A stretch of 64,000 nt of DNA from Octopus vulgaris (taxonomy: Eukaryota): positions 97,402,001-97,466,000 of the forward strand of contig OX597819.1 of assembly GCA_951406725.2 (NCBI GenBank), read 5' to 3'. Each line of letters opens with the position of its first letter. Positions within the stretch are counted from its first letter, which is position 1. The notes under the pieces are model-generated. The model was not told where the DNA came from and did no database searches. It saw only the letters and a list, made by a program, of their open reading frames with translations. Both the position numbers and the translations under genes were made by a program. This document shows, piece after piece, positions 53,901 through 64,000 of the stretch.

Positions 53901-56900
53901 TGCTACCATACAGATATAGAAAGGAATATGTATATAAATGGAACTATTGCAGCAAGTGTATACCAGAGTTTCCATAACCTTCAGTTCTGATTTCCCATAG
54001 ACTGCCACTTTACCTCTTTGTAGTTATGTAGCCTGCTAGAAATAGCTGCCAAATTTCTTTTGAATTACACTCACAATATGAAATATGGAAAGGATACATT
54101 AGCTACCCATCAAAGTTGGGATGATAATGACTATAATACCTTTAGTCATAGCTCTGTTCAGTTAGGTTTCACCTGGGGCTCAACTACATGAACAATAGCT
54201 ACTCCATTCAGATTATGGGTATTTCTATTTTCCTTAGACCCCCCCCCAAAAAAAAACTGCTTTATTGTGTAACTATGGCAACTTTATTATCTTCCATTTG
54301 CAATGTTTTAGAGATTATGTGCAAAGAGCATTTGCCAGTGTTAATGAAGAAAACCAGAAAGATGAAATGGAAAGATGTCTAAAGATGAAGTTAAAGGGCA
54401 TATTTGATGACCAAACTCCATGGAATATTGACTGGTATAAAGAACCCTTGCCTGAGTAAGTACTATTGTATGTTTTCACGCTTCAGAATGAAAATATTAA
54501 ATGACAGTGAAGTTAAAAGGATACTTTGTCTTCTGTAGTATTTCCATAATATTAGATTCAAGAATTAGTTTTTATATCGTAGTTTACTCCTTTTGACTTT
54601 TGCGGTATATTTCATCTTGTATATCACTGATGTATTTTAACCTGAAGCAGTTTACTGCATTAGATTTCACCTTATACTAAAGATATCTATCTTTGATCTA
54701 CTTTTACTTCAAAATCAATTTTATGGTAACTTTTACTTTTCAGCCCCAACTATGTAGTGGTATAAAGTACAAGCTCAATGTTGTCTTCGAAATGTGACCT
54801 AATGTATTATATTGAGAGAAAAAGAAAAAAAAAAAACTGGCTGCTTGAGTTCTTTATTAGATACGAAGAAAACAATCATTATTCAGGGAAATGGTGACAG
54901 ATGAGAAAATGTCCACCTAAATTGATGTATCAAGTGCATTAATTTTTTAAGTGTAAACAGGAAATTGTTTTTAGGAACAATTTTTATGATGAGATCATAT
55001 TGAATAAAGCTAACACTGATATGTGGCTAGGTTTACATGAAATAAAAGTATTGTTTATAATTGTGTATATTGATTGATTTGAAGTAGCAGACAAGCTAAG
55101 TGTTTTGAATATTTTCTTCAGTTTAATCTCCTAGAACACTACAAGTTTCAAAGAAAAGATTTTAAAATTCAGTAAAGTCCTTAATATATGAAAATTTGGC
55201 ATTTTCTAAGACTTAATTAAAATACAAAACTCCATTTTTTTCTGTCTTTTTAGTATATCTTGTTTAGAGAAGCGCAAACGAAGTCGGTGGGAAAGAGATG
55301 ATCCTGAACCATCAAACAATCGATCATCAGTGCGTTGTCCTTACAATGGGGACAGAGTTCCAACCTATAGGACATCTCGTTCACGTTCACGTAGTAAATC
55401 CAGAAGTCGTTCACGTTCCCCAGCTGCTGTAGTAGTTTCTGTCAGAGACAAATATTCACGATCTGTAGCACGAAAGCACAGAAGACACAGCAGGTATTTT
55501 GTTTGAATTGGTTCAGTCTTTTGTTTTCCATTTGTCTTTAGTTGAAACATTTCCAACAGATTTTTAAATGTTAGTGTAAGAATTTTACTACATTTTTAAA
55601 GTAGTATTGTAATGTTAGGGCTATTTCATTGTTTTGATTATGGCATAAATAATTTTGATAAATGATTTAGGGTTTAAACTACAATGTGAAGCTTTTCATC
55701 ATCATTATCGTTTAACATCCGCTTTCCATGCTAGCATGGGTTGGACGGTTCAACTGGGGTCTGGGAAGCCAGAAGGCTGCACCAGGCCCAGTCTGATCTG
55801 GCAGTGTTTCTACAGCTGGATGCCTTTCCTAACGCCAACCACTCCGTGAGTGTAGTGGGTGCTTTTTACGTGCCAGACGAGGCTGGCAACGGCCACGATC
55901 AGATGGTGCTTTTTACGTGCCACCAGCATGGAGGCCAGATGGGGCTGGCAACAGCCACGATCGGATGGTGCTTTTTACATGCCAAAGTGTTATGTTTTAA
56001 TACAGAATTATTAACTTGGATTACATTATTCGAATGCAAGCCAGTAATGGAGTCAATGTGTAAGCAAATACAACGCAATATATACTCAAAAATGCATGCT
56101 GATTAATAAAAAAAGGCAGGACATAAAGATCCATGTGCAAAAAGTATCATGCCTCTTACGAAACAAACCAGTATGCAAATTAGAAGGTCGTCAAAAGTTC
56201 ACTTTAAAAGGACATGAGGTGAACGCACGAAATAAAGCAGAGTCACTAAACTTAGTTTGATACTTAGTCAGAACATAGAATTAAATTAGAGCAATATAAC
56301 GAAATGATTAAAAGTTAACAGTTCTTTATAATTGTTATCATTACAGTCAGTTCATTTTGCACTTCCAAAATCATTGTATTTCAAAGAGTGACTGTTAAAC
56401 TTCATTAACTCTTAAGCATTCAGATTGTTCTGTCAAATGTAATGCTTATTTCACATAGTTTTGAATTAAAGTTTTATCATCACACAGCTTCAAGACTTCA
56501 ATGATGTGATTGTTCTTTTTTTTTATATGACATTGTTGGATAGACGTCAGTTTGGACATAAAACAGATGGAGTATTTGAACTGAATGTGGCCAGTTTAAA
56601 TGTTAAAGGGTTAAATATCTATTTCATGTGGATACAACAAACTCTCTAGTGTTGGTGCCCTGATGAAATGCACCCAGTACATTCTATAGGGTAGTTGGTA
56701 ATAGGAAAGTAATTTAGCTGCAGAAATCATGCATAAATGAAAATGTGAGTGAGGCATGGTCCCACTGGGAGCAGTAATATCAAAAACAAGAACTGATGCA
56801 TATCCTGACAGCTTGTCCAACTAATGCCAGCTCTGTGGTTGAGAAGTTTACTTCCCGACCACATGGTCTCAGGTTTAGTCTCACTGTTATAGTACCTTTT

Positions 56901-58961
56901 GCAAGTGTCTTCTGCTTTAGTCTTAAAGTTTTGTGAGTGGATTTGGTAGACAGAAACTGAATATAGCCTATTGTAGATATGTATGTATCCTTGTACTGAC
57001 ATCATGCAATAGTTGTGAGTGTCACCATCAAACAAGTGGTATTGTTCATTTCCAGTCTTCAGGAGAATATATCTGACTATGGGAAAATATTACCTTGCTT
57101 AGGAACGGTTGAGGGTAGGCAACAGGAAGGGCATCCAGCCATAGAAAATCTACCTCAATAAATTCTACCTGACCCATGTAAATATGGGAAAGTGGATGTT
57201 AAAATGATGCTGATAATGGTGAGATTTATATGTGAATAGGAAACAATAATAATGTTTTTATTTTTCATCCAGTGACAGTTCTAGTGTCTCTGACGACAGT
57301 AGCTCATCAGAGAAGTATGTGAGCAAACATAGTTTTGGCAACAAAAACCGAGGTCGAGGACGTGGTCGTGGTGCTCGAGGTAGAGCTTCACGTGGACGTT
57401 TTAGAGAGGATTCTTATGGTGGCAAAAAAGGAAAGAAAGACAGAGAGTAAGTATAGTTTCAGGTCTTGATGAATCTTGACTCTTTGGTCTTGTTTGTTAT
57501 GGTTTACAGGTGAAGCAGAGAAAGTTTACAGAAGTTCTATGATGAATTATTTCCAGTGTATTTTTGATAAAGTCATGTTGATTCATTATTAAGACATTAA
57601 TGCACTCGTTTATTAACTGGTTTTTCCTAAATCATTTACAAGGGTTCATTGTGTACAAGGACAGTTTGTACACTAAACATCTTTTATGCTATTATTCTCA
57701 TTGTGCAAACATGGCTGTGTGGTAAGAAGTTTGCTTCCCAAGCACATGGCTCCGGACTCAGTCCCACTGTTTGGCACCTTGGCAAGTGTCTTCTACTGTA
57801 GCCTTGGGCCAACCAAAGCCTTGTGAGTGGATTTGGTAGATGGAAACTGAAAGAAGCCTATTGTGTGTGTGTATATGTATGTATTTATGTGTGTGTGTGT
57901 TTGTTCCCCCACCATCGCTTGACAACCAATGCTAGTGTGTCTATGTCTCCTGTAACTTAGCAGTTCAGCAATAACGAATGATAGAATAAGTACTAGGCTT
58001 ACAAAGAATTAGTCCTGGGGTCAATTTCTTCGACTAAAACCCTTTAAGGCAGTGCTCCAGCATGGCCACTGTCAGATGACTGAAACAAGTAACAGAATAT
58101 GTTGTCTTAAATTATAATGAGCCTGTATTTGTTATATCATTAGTGATAAATCCTTTGATTATTCAAGAGTATGGTTAGTTACATTTTCTTATTTTCTTCT
58201 CATTAAACCACCTTTAGCTTGACTTTTGAGTATGATGGCCCTGATAAAGAAGAAAAGCTGCAACGAAGAGCTGCACGATTCGTTGAACATTTAAATAATT
58301 CTTCAGACTCTAAGAGGTATCGTCAAACACTGACTCTCACTATCAATAACTTTACCGTAAGTTTCTCACATTTTTTATCTCCATTTTTTAATGCAATCTA
58401 ACTTCTTTCAAATTTAAACTTACCTATTTTCTCTTGTTTTTTTTTATATAATTGATATTTAGTGTGTTATAGGTTCATCAGACCTGTGACTTACATTGTC
58501 TTAACATTCTGGTAATAAGAACCAAAATGTTTTTCCTATAATCTTTTTACTTTTGGCCTTGACATAATTGTTTGGTTAAAAGGTTTGCTTTCCAATCACA
58601 TGCTTTGGCGGTTTAGTACCACTGTATGGCACCTTGGGCAAAGCCAGCCAACGTCTTGTTGATGAATTTGGTACAAAGAAACTGAAAGAAACGTATCGTG
58701 TGTGTGTGTGTATCATCATTGTTGTTGTTTAATGTTTGTGTTCCATGCTGGCGTGGGTTGGACGGTTTGACTGAGGACTGGTAAGCAGGGAGGCTGCACC
58801 AGACTCCAATATGATTTGGCAAGGTTTCTGCTGCTGGCTGCCCTTCCTAATGCCAACCACTCTGAGGAGTGTAGTGGGTGCCTTTTTATATGCCACTGGC
58901 ACTGATATCAGCCATGCTCAAATGGTACTTTTTACATGCCACCGACACAGGTGCCAGTCAG

Positions 58962-58996
<35 letters not shown>

Positions 58997-61900
58997 AACA
59001 TGTATGTTTGTGTTTATTCTTGACTTGACATTGTACAAAAGTTATAAACTAGTGTTACTTTTACAAAAGCTGTGTTGTTTCCAATCTTTTATGGAAACAT
59101 ATCCTGGCCATTGTGAAATATTATCTTGCTAGAAAAAGGTGAAGGTTGGTGACAGGAAGGACATCTGACCATGCATAATCTGCCTCATTTGATGACAATA
59201 AGTCCTCACTGTTCAATGTGGTCAACCTTTGTTTCCAGCCAATGTGATCAGTAGATAGAAGATAATTAAGGTAGATTAAGAGGGAGAAAGGAGCCTTAGT
59301 ATGAGAGGAAAAACAATGGTTGGAGTAACTGTATGGGAGAGAAAGAGTGAGTGGTGGATAGTTGTGAAAATGGTTGTAAGACAGTATGCTGGATAAGCAG
59401 AGGGAGGAGGTAGCAGCAGCTGGAATATAGAGTGGGTGATGTTTACTGGTGAAGGAAAGTGCAAGTGATGGATAGTCAAGATGGTAAGAAGGGGATGTCA
59501 GTGAAGTAGTGCATTGGATACTAAAAGATCTGGTGCACATACCTAGTTTTCCTTCATTACATGGGGCTGTTGTATAATAAAATTACAAATACTAAATTGA
59601 CCATTTAGTATTCACCCTGTCAGAAATAATGCTTATTTTATATTGTTTTGAATTTATCATACATTGTCTCATAGCTTCAAGAGTTTGATGATGTGATTGT
59701 TTACTTTTAGAATGACATTGTAGGGTAGGTGCAAGAGACCTGATCTGTCTAGTTTGAACATAAAACAGGGAGCAAAGTGGGCTTGACAGGACTGGTTTGA
59801 ACATGAAAGGATTAAACACAAAAGCAACTCAATAATGTATTTACATATAAACACTTTTTTTTGGAACCTGGGAATGCTATCCTGCAATGTTACTTCAGGG
59901 ATGGATTGTAAATTGTTACTGTTTAGCCCTAGGTCAACCCTGACAGATCAAACCTATAATGAAAAATATCCCAAACATGACCATCCCATCTTTTTCCTTA
60001 GGCACAATACCCTAAGTCCAGCTTATCAGATGATAAAAGAATGTATTGTGTTATTTGATGATTTAGTTATACACTTTTTACTACTTGTTTACTGAAGTCT
60101 TGACTGAGGTTAGAAGTTATAGATCCATCTTAAAAACACATCACTTTGCTCATTATTTAATGTATCTCAGTGTAGTGTTATAATTAAATATGAGAGTTGA
60201 CCTTACCTTTGTGGCTATTGATAGTTGATATGTTGAACAACATGTCTATCCCACTCATTTTTGCCTTTCATGAGCAATGACTACTACTATATTATTTCTT
60301 TATTTCTTCTATTGTCCAGACCACTGGAAGTGATGATGAGCTTGACATGGATGGTTGTGTCATTGTTGGTGAATGTCAAGATTTAGAGAAACAATATTTC
60401 CGTTTGACCACAGTAAGTATTTATAGCTGTTATCACCACATTCTCTTCCCTCCTCTACTAACTCACATTATCCATATAAGCAGTGTTTCTGTTTGACTAC
60501 AGTATCTATAGTTGTCATCATATATTTCTTACTACTGTTCATTACTAACACATCCGCATAGACAAGAATGCTATAGAGATGTAAAGGTCTTCAGCAGGAG
60601 TTCAACTTCATGCTGCTTCATTATAAAAGATGATACTCTTCTTTAAAGTATTGGTCACATTGATTATATTTCATTTTATGTTTTAATGGAAGCATTTACG
60701 GAAAGGAAAAAGGTAATTCTTTTCAACAATAATAAATACTTTCAGGCCCCTGATCCTTCAACCATACGCCCTACTGAAGTTTTGAAACGATCCCTAATTA
60801 TGGTACAGGATCATTGGAGAGCTAAAGCTGACTATAACTATGCTTGTGAACAGTTGAAATCAATTAGACAAGATTTGACAGTAAGTATAGACTTTCATTG
60901 ATGTTTTGTTTTTCTCTTTGTTTCTTGCTTTGATGTCACTTTTTTTCATTCTTAGGATTGTTTTTCCATGTTTTAACAATATATCTAGAGTATTATGTGA
61001 AATTACATCGCCGTTGTACACAATCACAATGATTGTGTGTACGAGATATATAAGCACCCACTACACTCTCGGAGTGGTTGGTGTTAGGAAGGGTATCCAA
61101 CTGTAAAAACCATGCCAGATCAGATTGAAGCCTAATGCAGCCTCCTGTCTTGCCAGTCCTCAGTCAAACTGTCCATCCCATGCCAGCATGGAAAGCAGAC
61201 TTTAAATGATGAGGATGATATTCTCATCATCACCATTCAGTGTCTACTTTCCAAACTAGCATGGGTTGGATGGTTCCTTAAGATCCAATGAATAATGAGT
61301 GGCATGTTTGTATGCTTGAGCAGACATATTAATACATTGAACTATTTGAAATTGGATGGCTTTTGTGCCAATTTATTGAAGATGCTCACCTTATCTGTCT
61401 TCAGACATGCTGAGTGTTTTATTACTGTTTGTTACTGACATAATATCAGATCATGTTCTAAATTTACACTTCTCAAAAATAGTTATTATATATTTTTGGT
61501 GAAAGTATCCTTTGAAAAAAAAATTGTACTATAAAAACCATCAAACACAGAAGAAATAGAAATTATTGGAGAATATTTTTCATTATTTGCAGTTGCAAGG
61601 AATAAGAGATACATTTACTGTCAGAGTGTATGAAACTCATGCACGCATTGCTATGGAAAAAGTAAGTTCTTAATAGTTTCTCATCTAATTGAATATGGTT
61701 TAATGTATCTGATAATGTACTTGTAAGAATTTGATTTCTATATTGGTAATTAATCTCTTCAGGGAGATCATGAAGAATTTAACCAGTGTCAGACCCAATT
61801 GAAGCTACTCTACCATGAAGGACACCATGGAAATGTTGCGGAATTTACAGCTTACAGAATACTTTACTACATATTTACATCAAACACATTGGGTATCCTT

Positions 61901-62975
61901 CATTGCCTTTCAGTTCATTTTGTAAAACTGAGATTTACTAGAACATTTAACTGCTACCAATCACAGACTCAAATATCTGATTGTATATGTTTAATATGTT
62001 ACATATTATGTAACATGTTTTTTTTTGTTTCCTTCCCTCCATCCCACCCCCCACTCAGTTACTATCTCCCACTCAATAAAGTGCATACTGCAGATACAAT
62101 TGTTTATCCCTGAATCAGTCCTGATCTAACAGACCTCTGGTCAGATGTGTTGCAGCTGTGACCATTCTGTTTCTTATTTAGACATAGTTTATCTTGAACT
62201 ATATTATCTGTTGGGTTCAAGATGGTAAAATGTGATTTTAAGGGATTTTTTAGCAGGTTGAGCAATCACTTAGAAGAGGCTGCTTAGTTAATTTGAATGG
62301 TTCTGAAGGAACAGTACTAGTGGCCCACTGTCTGTTAATAGCAACATTGCTGTCATTCCTTCTTTATGGTTGATGTTTAAATTGGTGATTTAGTTGTGAC
62401 AAACCTCACTTGGTTCCCACTGCACAATAAACTTCAAACAATTTAAGTTTCATTAGATCTTTTACTTGTTTTATGAATTGTAGTTGTGCATGTATGGTTT
62501 AGTGGTTAAGCCTGCTTTGCAACTACAAGGTTTCAGTTTCAGGGTAAGTGCCTTCTATATGTCTTTCTTAAAATAGCAGGTATGAGTTATCAGCACTAGT
62601 GGTATATAGCCATAAAATACCAAAAATATTTTTAAATATTTAAAAATAATCTGTTAGTGGATGGGATATGTACAACTTTGTCAAAAATATAATAACCTGA
62701 GTTTTGTTTGCTAAACTGAAATATTTTGTTTCTCTCCAAAATGTTTTTTCTTAACCATCTTTTAAAGATTTAACAACTGCATTGGCAACTCTCAAATCAA
62801 ATCATAGAAAAGATGAGTGTGTCTATCATGCATTAAATGTGAGATCTGCTTGGGCACTTAATAATTATCATAGGTTTTTTAAGCTCTACCGGTGTGCACC
62901 GAAAATGTCTGGTTATCTTATGGATTGGTTCGTGGACAGAGTTAGAATATCAGCGTTAAAAACTATTGCGAAATC
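36769..62975 (+). CDS. LENG8: LENG8 / Thp3-like SAC3/GANP-family protein, spliced gene with 15 coding exons in window, 3' end outside window
   Basis: All introns are GT-AG and phases join into one frame (2468 nt). LENG8-type motifs: [40 protein letters not shown] and RG tracts, [74 protein letters not shown]. Confidence 0.93.
38545..40215 (-). mobile_element. RTE LINE 3' portion carrying an internal tandem expansion
   Basis: (CAT)n tail at 38545; ORF end [28 protein letters not shown] nearly identical to the 11820-11940 copy. Confidence 0.9.
38865..39925. repeat. Tandem array, about 153-bp unit, about 7 copies
   Basis: CGCAAGC anchor at 38971, 39124, 39277, 39430, 39582, 39735 and a diverged copy at 39895. 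Confidence 0.95.
42150..42935 (-). mobile_element. RTE LINE 3' remnant
   Basis: Minus strand matches 11500-12590 ([22 protein letters not shown]). Confidence 0.85.
43236..43613 (+). CDS. LENG8: LENG8 coding exon 2 ([10 protein letters not shown] motif, P/N/Y-rich)
   Basis: Poly-T acceptor TTTAG, donor GTAAGT, conserved N-terminal motif. Confidence 0.9.
43746..43806 (+). CDS. LENG8: LENG8 coding exon 3 ([20 protein letters not shown])
   Basis: Acceptor CTAG, donor GTAAGT, phases 2/0 fit the neighbours. Confidence 0.85.
45945..47879 (-). mobile_element. Non-autonomous Helitron with PIF1-like helicase fragment
   Basis: Minus-strand 5' TCTCTTATTATAAAAGG, 3' hairpin CCCGAGCAACGCCGGG then CTAG, inserted between A and T; helicase motifs [34 protein letters not shown] at 46021-46490. 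Confidence 0.9.
46741..47420. repeat. Tandem array, about 166-bp unit, about 4 copies, inside the Helitron
   Basis: CGTCCTAAAAAACTTT anchor at 46747, 46913, 47079, 47244 (variant) and 47404. Confidence 0.95.
48052..48418 (+). CDS. LENG8: LENG8 coding exon 4 (Q/P/H-rich)
   Basis: Acceptor AACAG, donor GTTAGT, open frame, phases 0/1. Confidence 0.85.
50443..50668 (+). CDS. LENG8: LENG8 coding exon 5 (GIRFQISKR)
   Basis: Strong pyrimidine tract + GTAG, donor GTAAGT, phases 1/2. Confidence 0.85.
51417..51464 (+). CDS. LENG8: LENG8 coding exon 6 ([15 protein letters not shown])
   Basis: TTTTAG acceptor, GTAAGT donor, phases 2/2. Confidence 0.88.
52324..53390 (+). mobile_element. piggyBac internal-deletion derivative (1067 bp)
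   Basis: TTAA|CCCTTTCGTTAC...GTAACGAAAGGG|TTAA; residual transposase N-terminus (acidic tract, [33 protein letters not shown]). Confidence 0.92.
54312..54455 (+). CDS. LENG8: LENG8 coding exon 7 ([16 protein letters not shown])
   Basis: Conserved motif, TTTTAG acceptor, GTAAGT donor. Confidence 0.92.
55254..55493 (+). CDS. LENG8: LENG8 coding exon 8 ([10 protein letters not shown]-rich tract)
   Basis: Acceptor TTTTTAG, donor AG|[22 protein letters not shown]. Confidence 0.9.
55697..55982 (-). mobile_element. RTE LINE 3' tail copy
   Basis: Matches the reverse complement of 12280-12580. Confidence 0.85.
56409..56610. mobile_element. TTAA-flanked piggyBac-type MITE (second family)
   Basis: TTAA|CTCTTAAGCATT...AATGTTAAAGGG|TTAA; related copies near 40490-40675 and 59597-59815. 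Confidence 0.65.
57273..57446 (+). CDS. LENG8: LENG8 coding exon 9 (S-rich, RGRGRGRG)
   Basis: Acceptor TCCAG, donor GTAAGT, phases 2/2. Confidence 0.9.
57705..58098 (+). mobile_element. tRNA-derived SINE (family A)
   Basis: Collinear with 13801-14192. Confidence 0.85.
58218..58356 (+). CDS. LENG8: LENG8 coding exon 10 ([11 protein letters not shown])
   Basis: Acceptor CTTTAG, donor GTAAGT, phases 2/0. Confidence 0.92.
58716..58960 (-). mobile_element. RTE LINE 3' tail copy
   Basis: CCATGCTGGCGTGGGTTGGACGG..CCTTCCTAATGCCAACCAC..GTAGTGGGTGC. Confidence 0.8.
60320..60412 (+). CDS. LENG8: LENG8 coding exon 11 ([16 protein letters not shown])
   Basis: Start of the SAC3/GANP domain; TCCAG / GTAAGT. 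Confidence 0.94.
60746..60880 (+). CDS. LENG8: LENG8 coding exon 12 ([17 protein letters not shown])
   Basis: SAC3/GANP core motif; TTCAG / GTAAGT. Confidence 0.95.
61054..61220 (+). mobile_element. RTE LINE 3' tail copy
   Basis: GCACCCACTACACTCTCGGAGTGGTTGG..GCATGGAAAGC..AAATGATGAG. Confidence 0.8.
61593..61661 (+). CDS. LENG8: LENG8 coding exon 13 ([23 protein letters not shown])
   Basis: SAC3/GANP motif; TGCAG / GTAAGT. Confidence 0.95.
61763..61892 (+). CDS. LENG8: LENG8 coding exon 14 ([23 protein letters not shown])
   Basis: SAC3/GANP motif; TTCAG / GTATCC. Confidence 0.94.
62768..62975 (+). CDS. LENG8: LENG8 coding exon 15 ([21 protein letters not shown])
   Basis: SAC3/GANP motif; AAAG acceptor, GTATGT donor after K-S. 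Confidence 0.92.
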
Positions 62976-64000
62976 GTATGTATCCGACAAGCTTTTCATG
63001 CTTTGTCTTTATTTCTTCCTCTCTTGCTGCATACTCAATAAATGTTTTGATTTGTTCTTAATATTTTGGGTATTTTATACAAACCAAAGAGTCTTTAAGG
63101 AATTGTTTGTTTGTATGATTATACATACATTATATATTTATGAAATTTTATAGTTTTAATTAAATGCATTCTTGTATGTAATATAAATTATTACAGTGGA
63201 AAATTTTGCCATTTAAGATTATTATTCATCCTAATATTTAGGACTCATTAATTATTGAAAAACTTAAATCATTTAGTTAAAGTTACCCAATTGTGTTTCT
63301 TATTTTATTTAACCTGTAATACTGTGAAACATTCTATCTTTATATCTTATATTGTTTTATATTTCAAGTGGTTTATTATGATGTCTGTGTATTAAATTAT
63401 AATTGTCAACTTAATGATTAACTGTTGTGTTTGGCAGGAAGTTTTAAATGTGTAAAGTTAGTTAGCTGTAGTATATCAAAGATTAGGTAAATTCTGTGAC
63501 ATGTCTATGTATTTAACTCCCACTCTTGTGTGTGTATATAAAATGTATTATTTTAGAATACTTTATTGAATGTCTTCTTGATAGTCTTATATTATTAAAT
63601 ATATGTAAATATTGTGTATTGTAAATGGAGAGATATTTGGTGAATTATTGTGTTGTGTGTTTGGTACAGAATGTAGATAATATTTTGAGAAAAAGTCGAT
63701 GGATTTCTGGATTTGAAAGAGATTGAGTTTAGATGCCATAGGCAATATTACAATATTGATTATTGATGAGTGAGAGTTGTGTGATGATGAGATTATGCCA
63801 TTATAACAATTAGAAACTTATAGGAGCCAACGAAATAAATTTTTTTTTTTTTTTTTAAAGACATTTTCTGTTACAAGTATATCAATATTTTCTTATTAAG
63901 TATTTTATCAAAAACTGATACAGAATCAATTTTGGTGTCAAAATCCAAGTCTTAATAGTTTTAAAACATTTTGTGTCCATTCATTCCAAAAGTAACTTTT

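Overview
Eukaryotic, AT-rich, repeat-dense DNA. The repeat landscape (tRNA-derived SINEs, RTE LINE tails ending in (GAT)n, abundant microsatellites) suggests an octopus/coleoid cephalopod; this is an inference. Two protein-coding genes are well supported, arranged head-to-head with start codons only 336 bp apart. One is an intronless MCM10 (33898-36432, minus, 844 aa). The other is a multi-exon LENG8/Thp3-type SAC3/GANP-family gene on the plus strand: 15 phase-consistent coding exons from 36769 to 62975, about 822 codons, with the 3' end beyond the window. The first 33 kb and the LENG8 introns are filled with transposon remnants: RTE LINEs (one with a PHD-like zinc finger inside the RT region), an R4/Dong-like restriction-endonuclease fragment, Tx1-like pieces, a full-length decayed mariner, maT/Tc1 relics, piggyBac and hAT MITEs, Helitrons, several SINE families and two satellite arrays born inside TEs. 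I found no clearly novel biological system. The best leads are the intronless MCM10 sharing a compact promoter with LENG8, a possibly conserved retained last intron of LENG8, the zinc finger in the RT, and the TE-derived tandem arrays. Boundaries of decayed repeats are approximate, read by eye.
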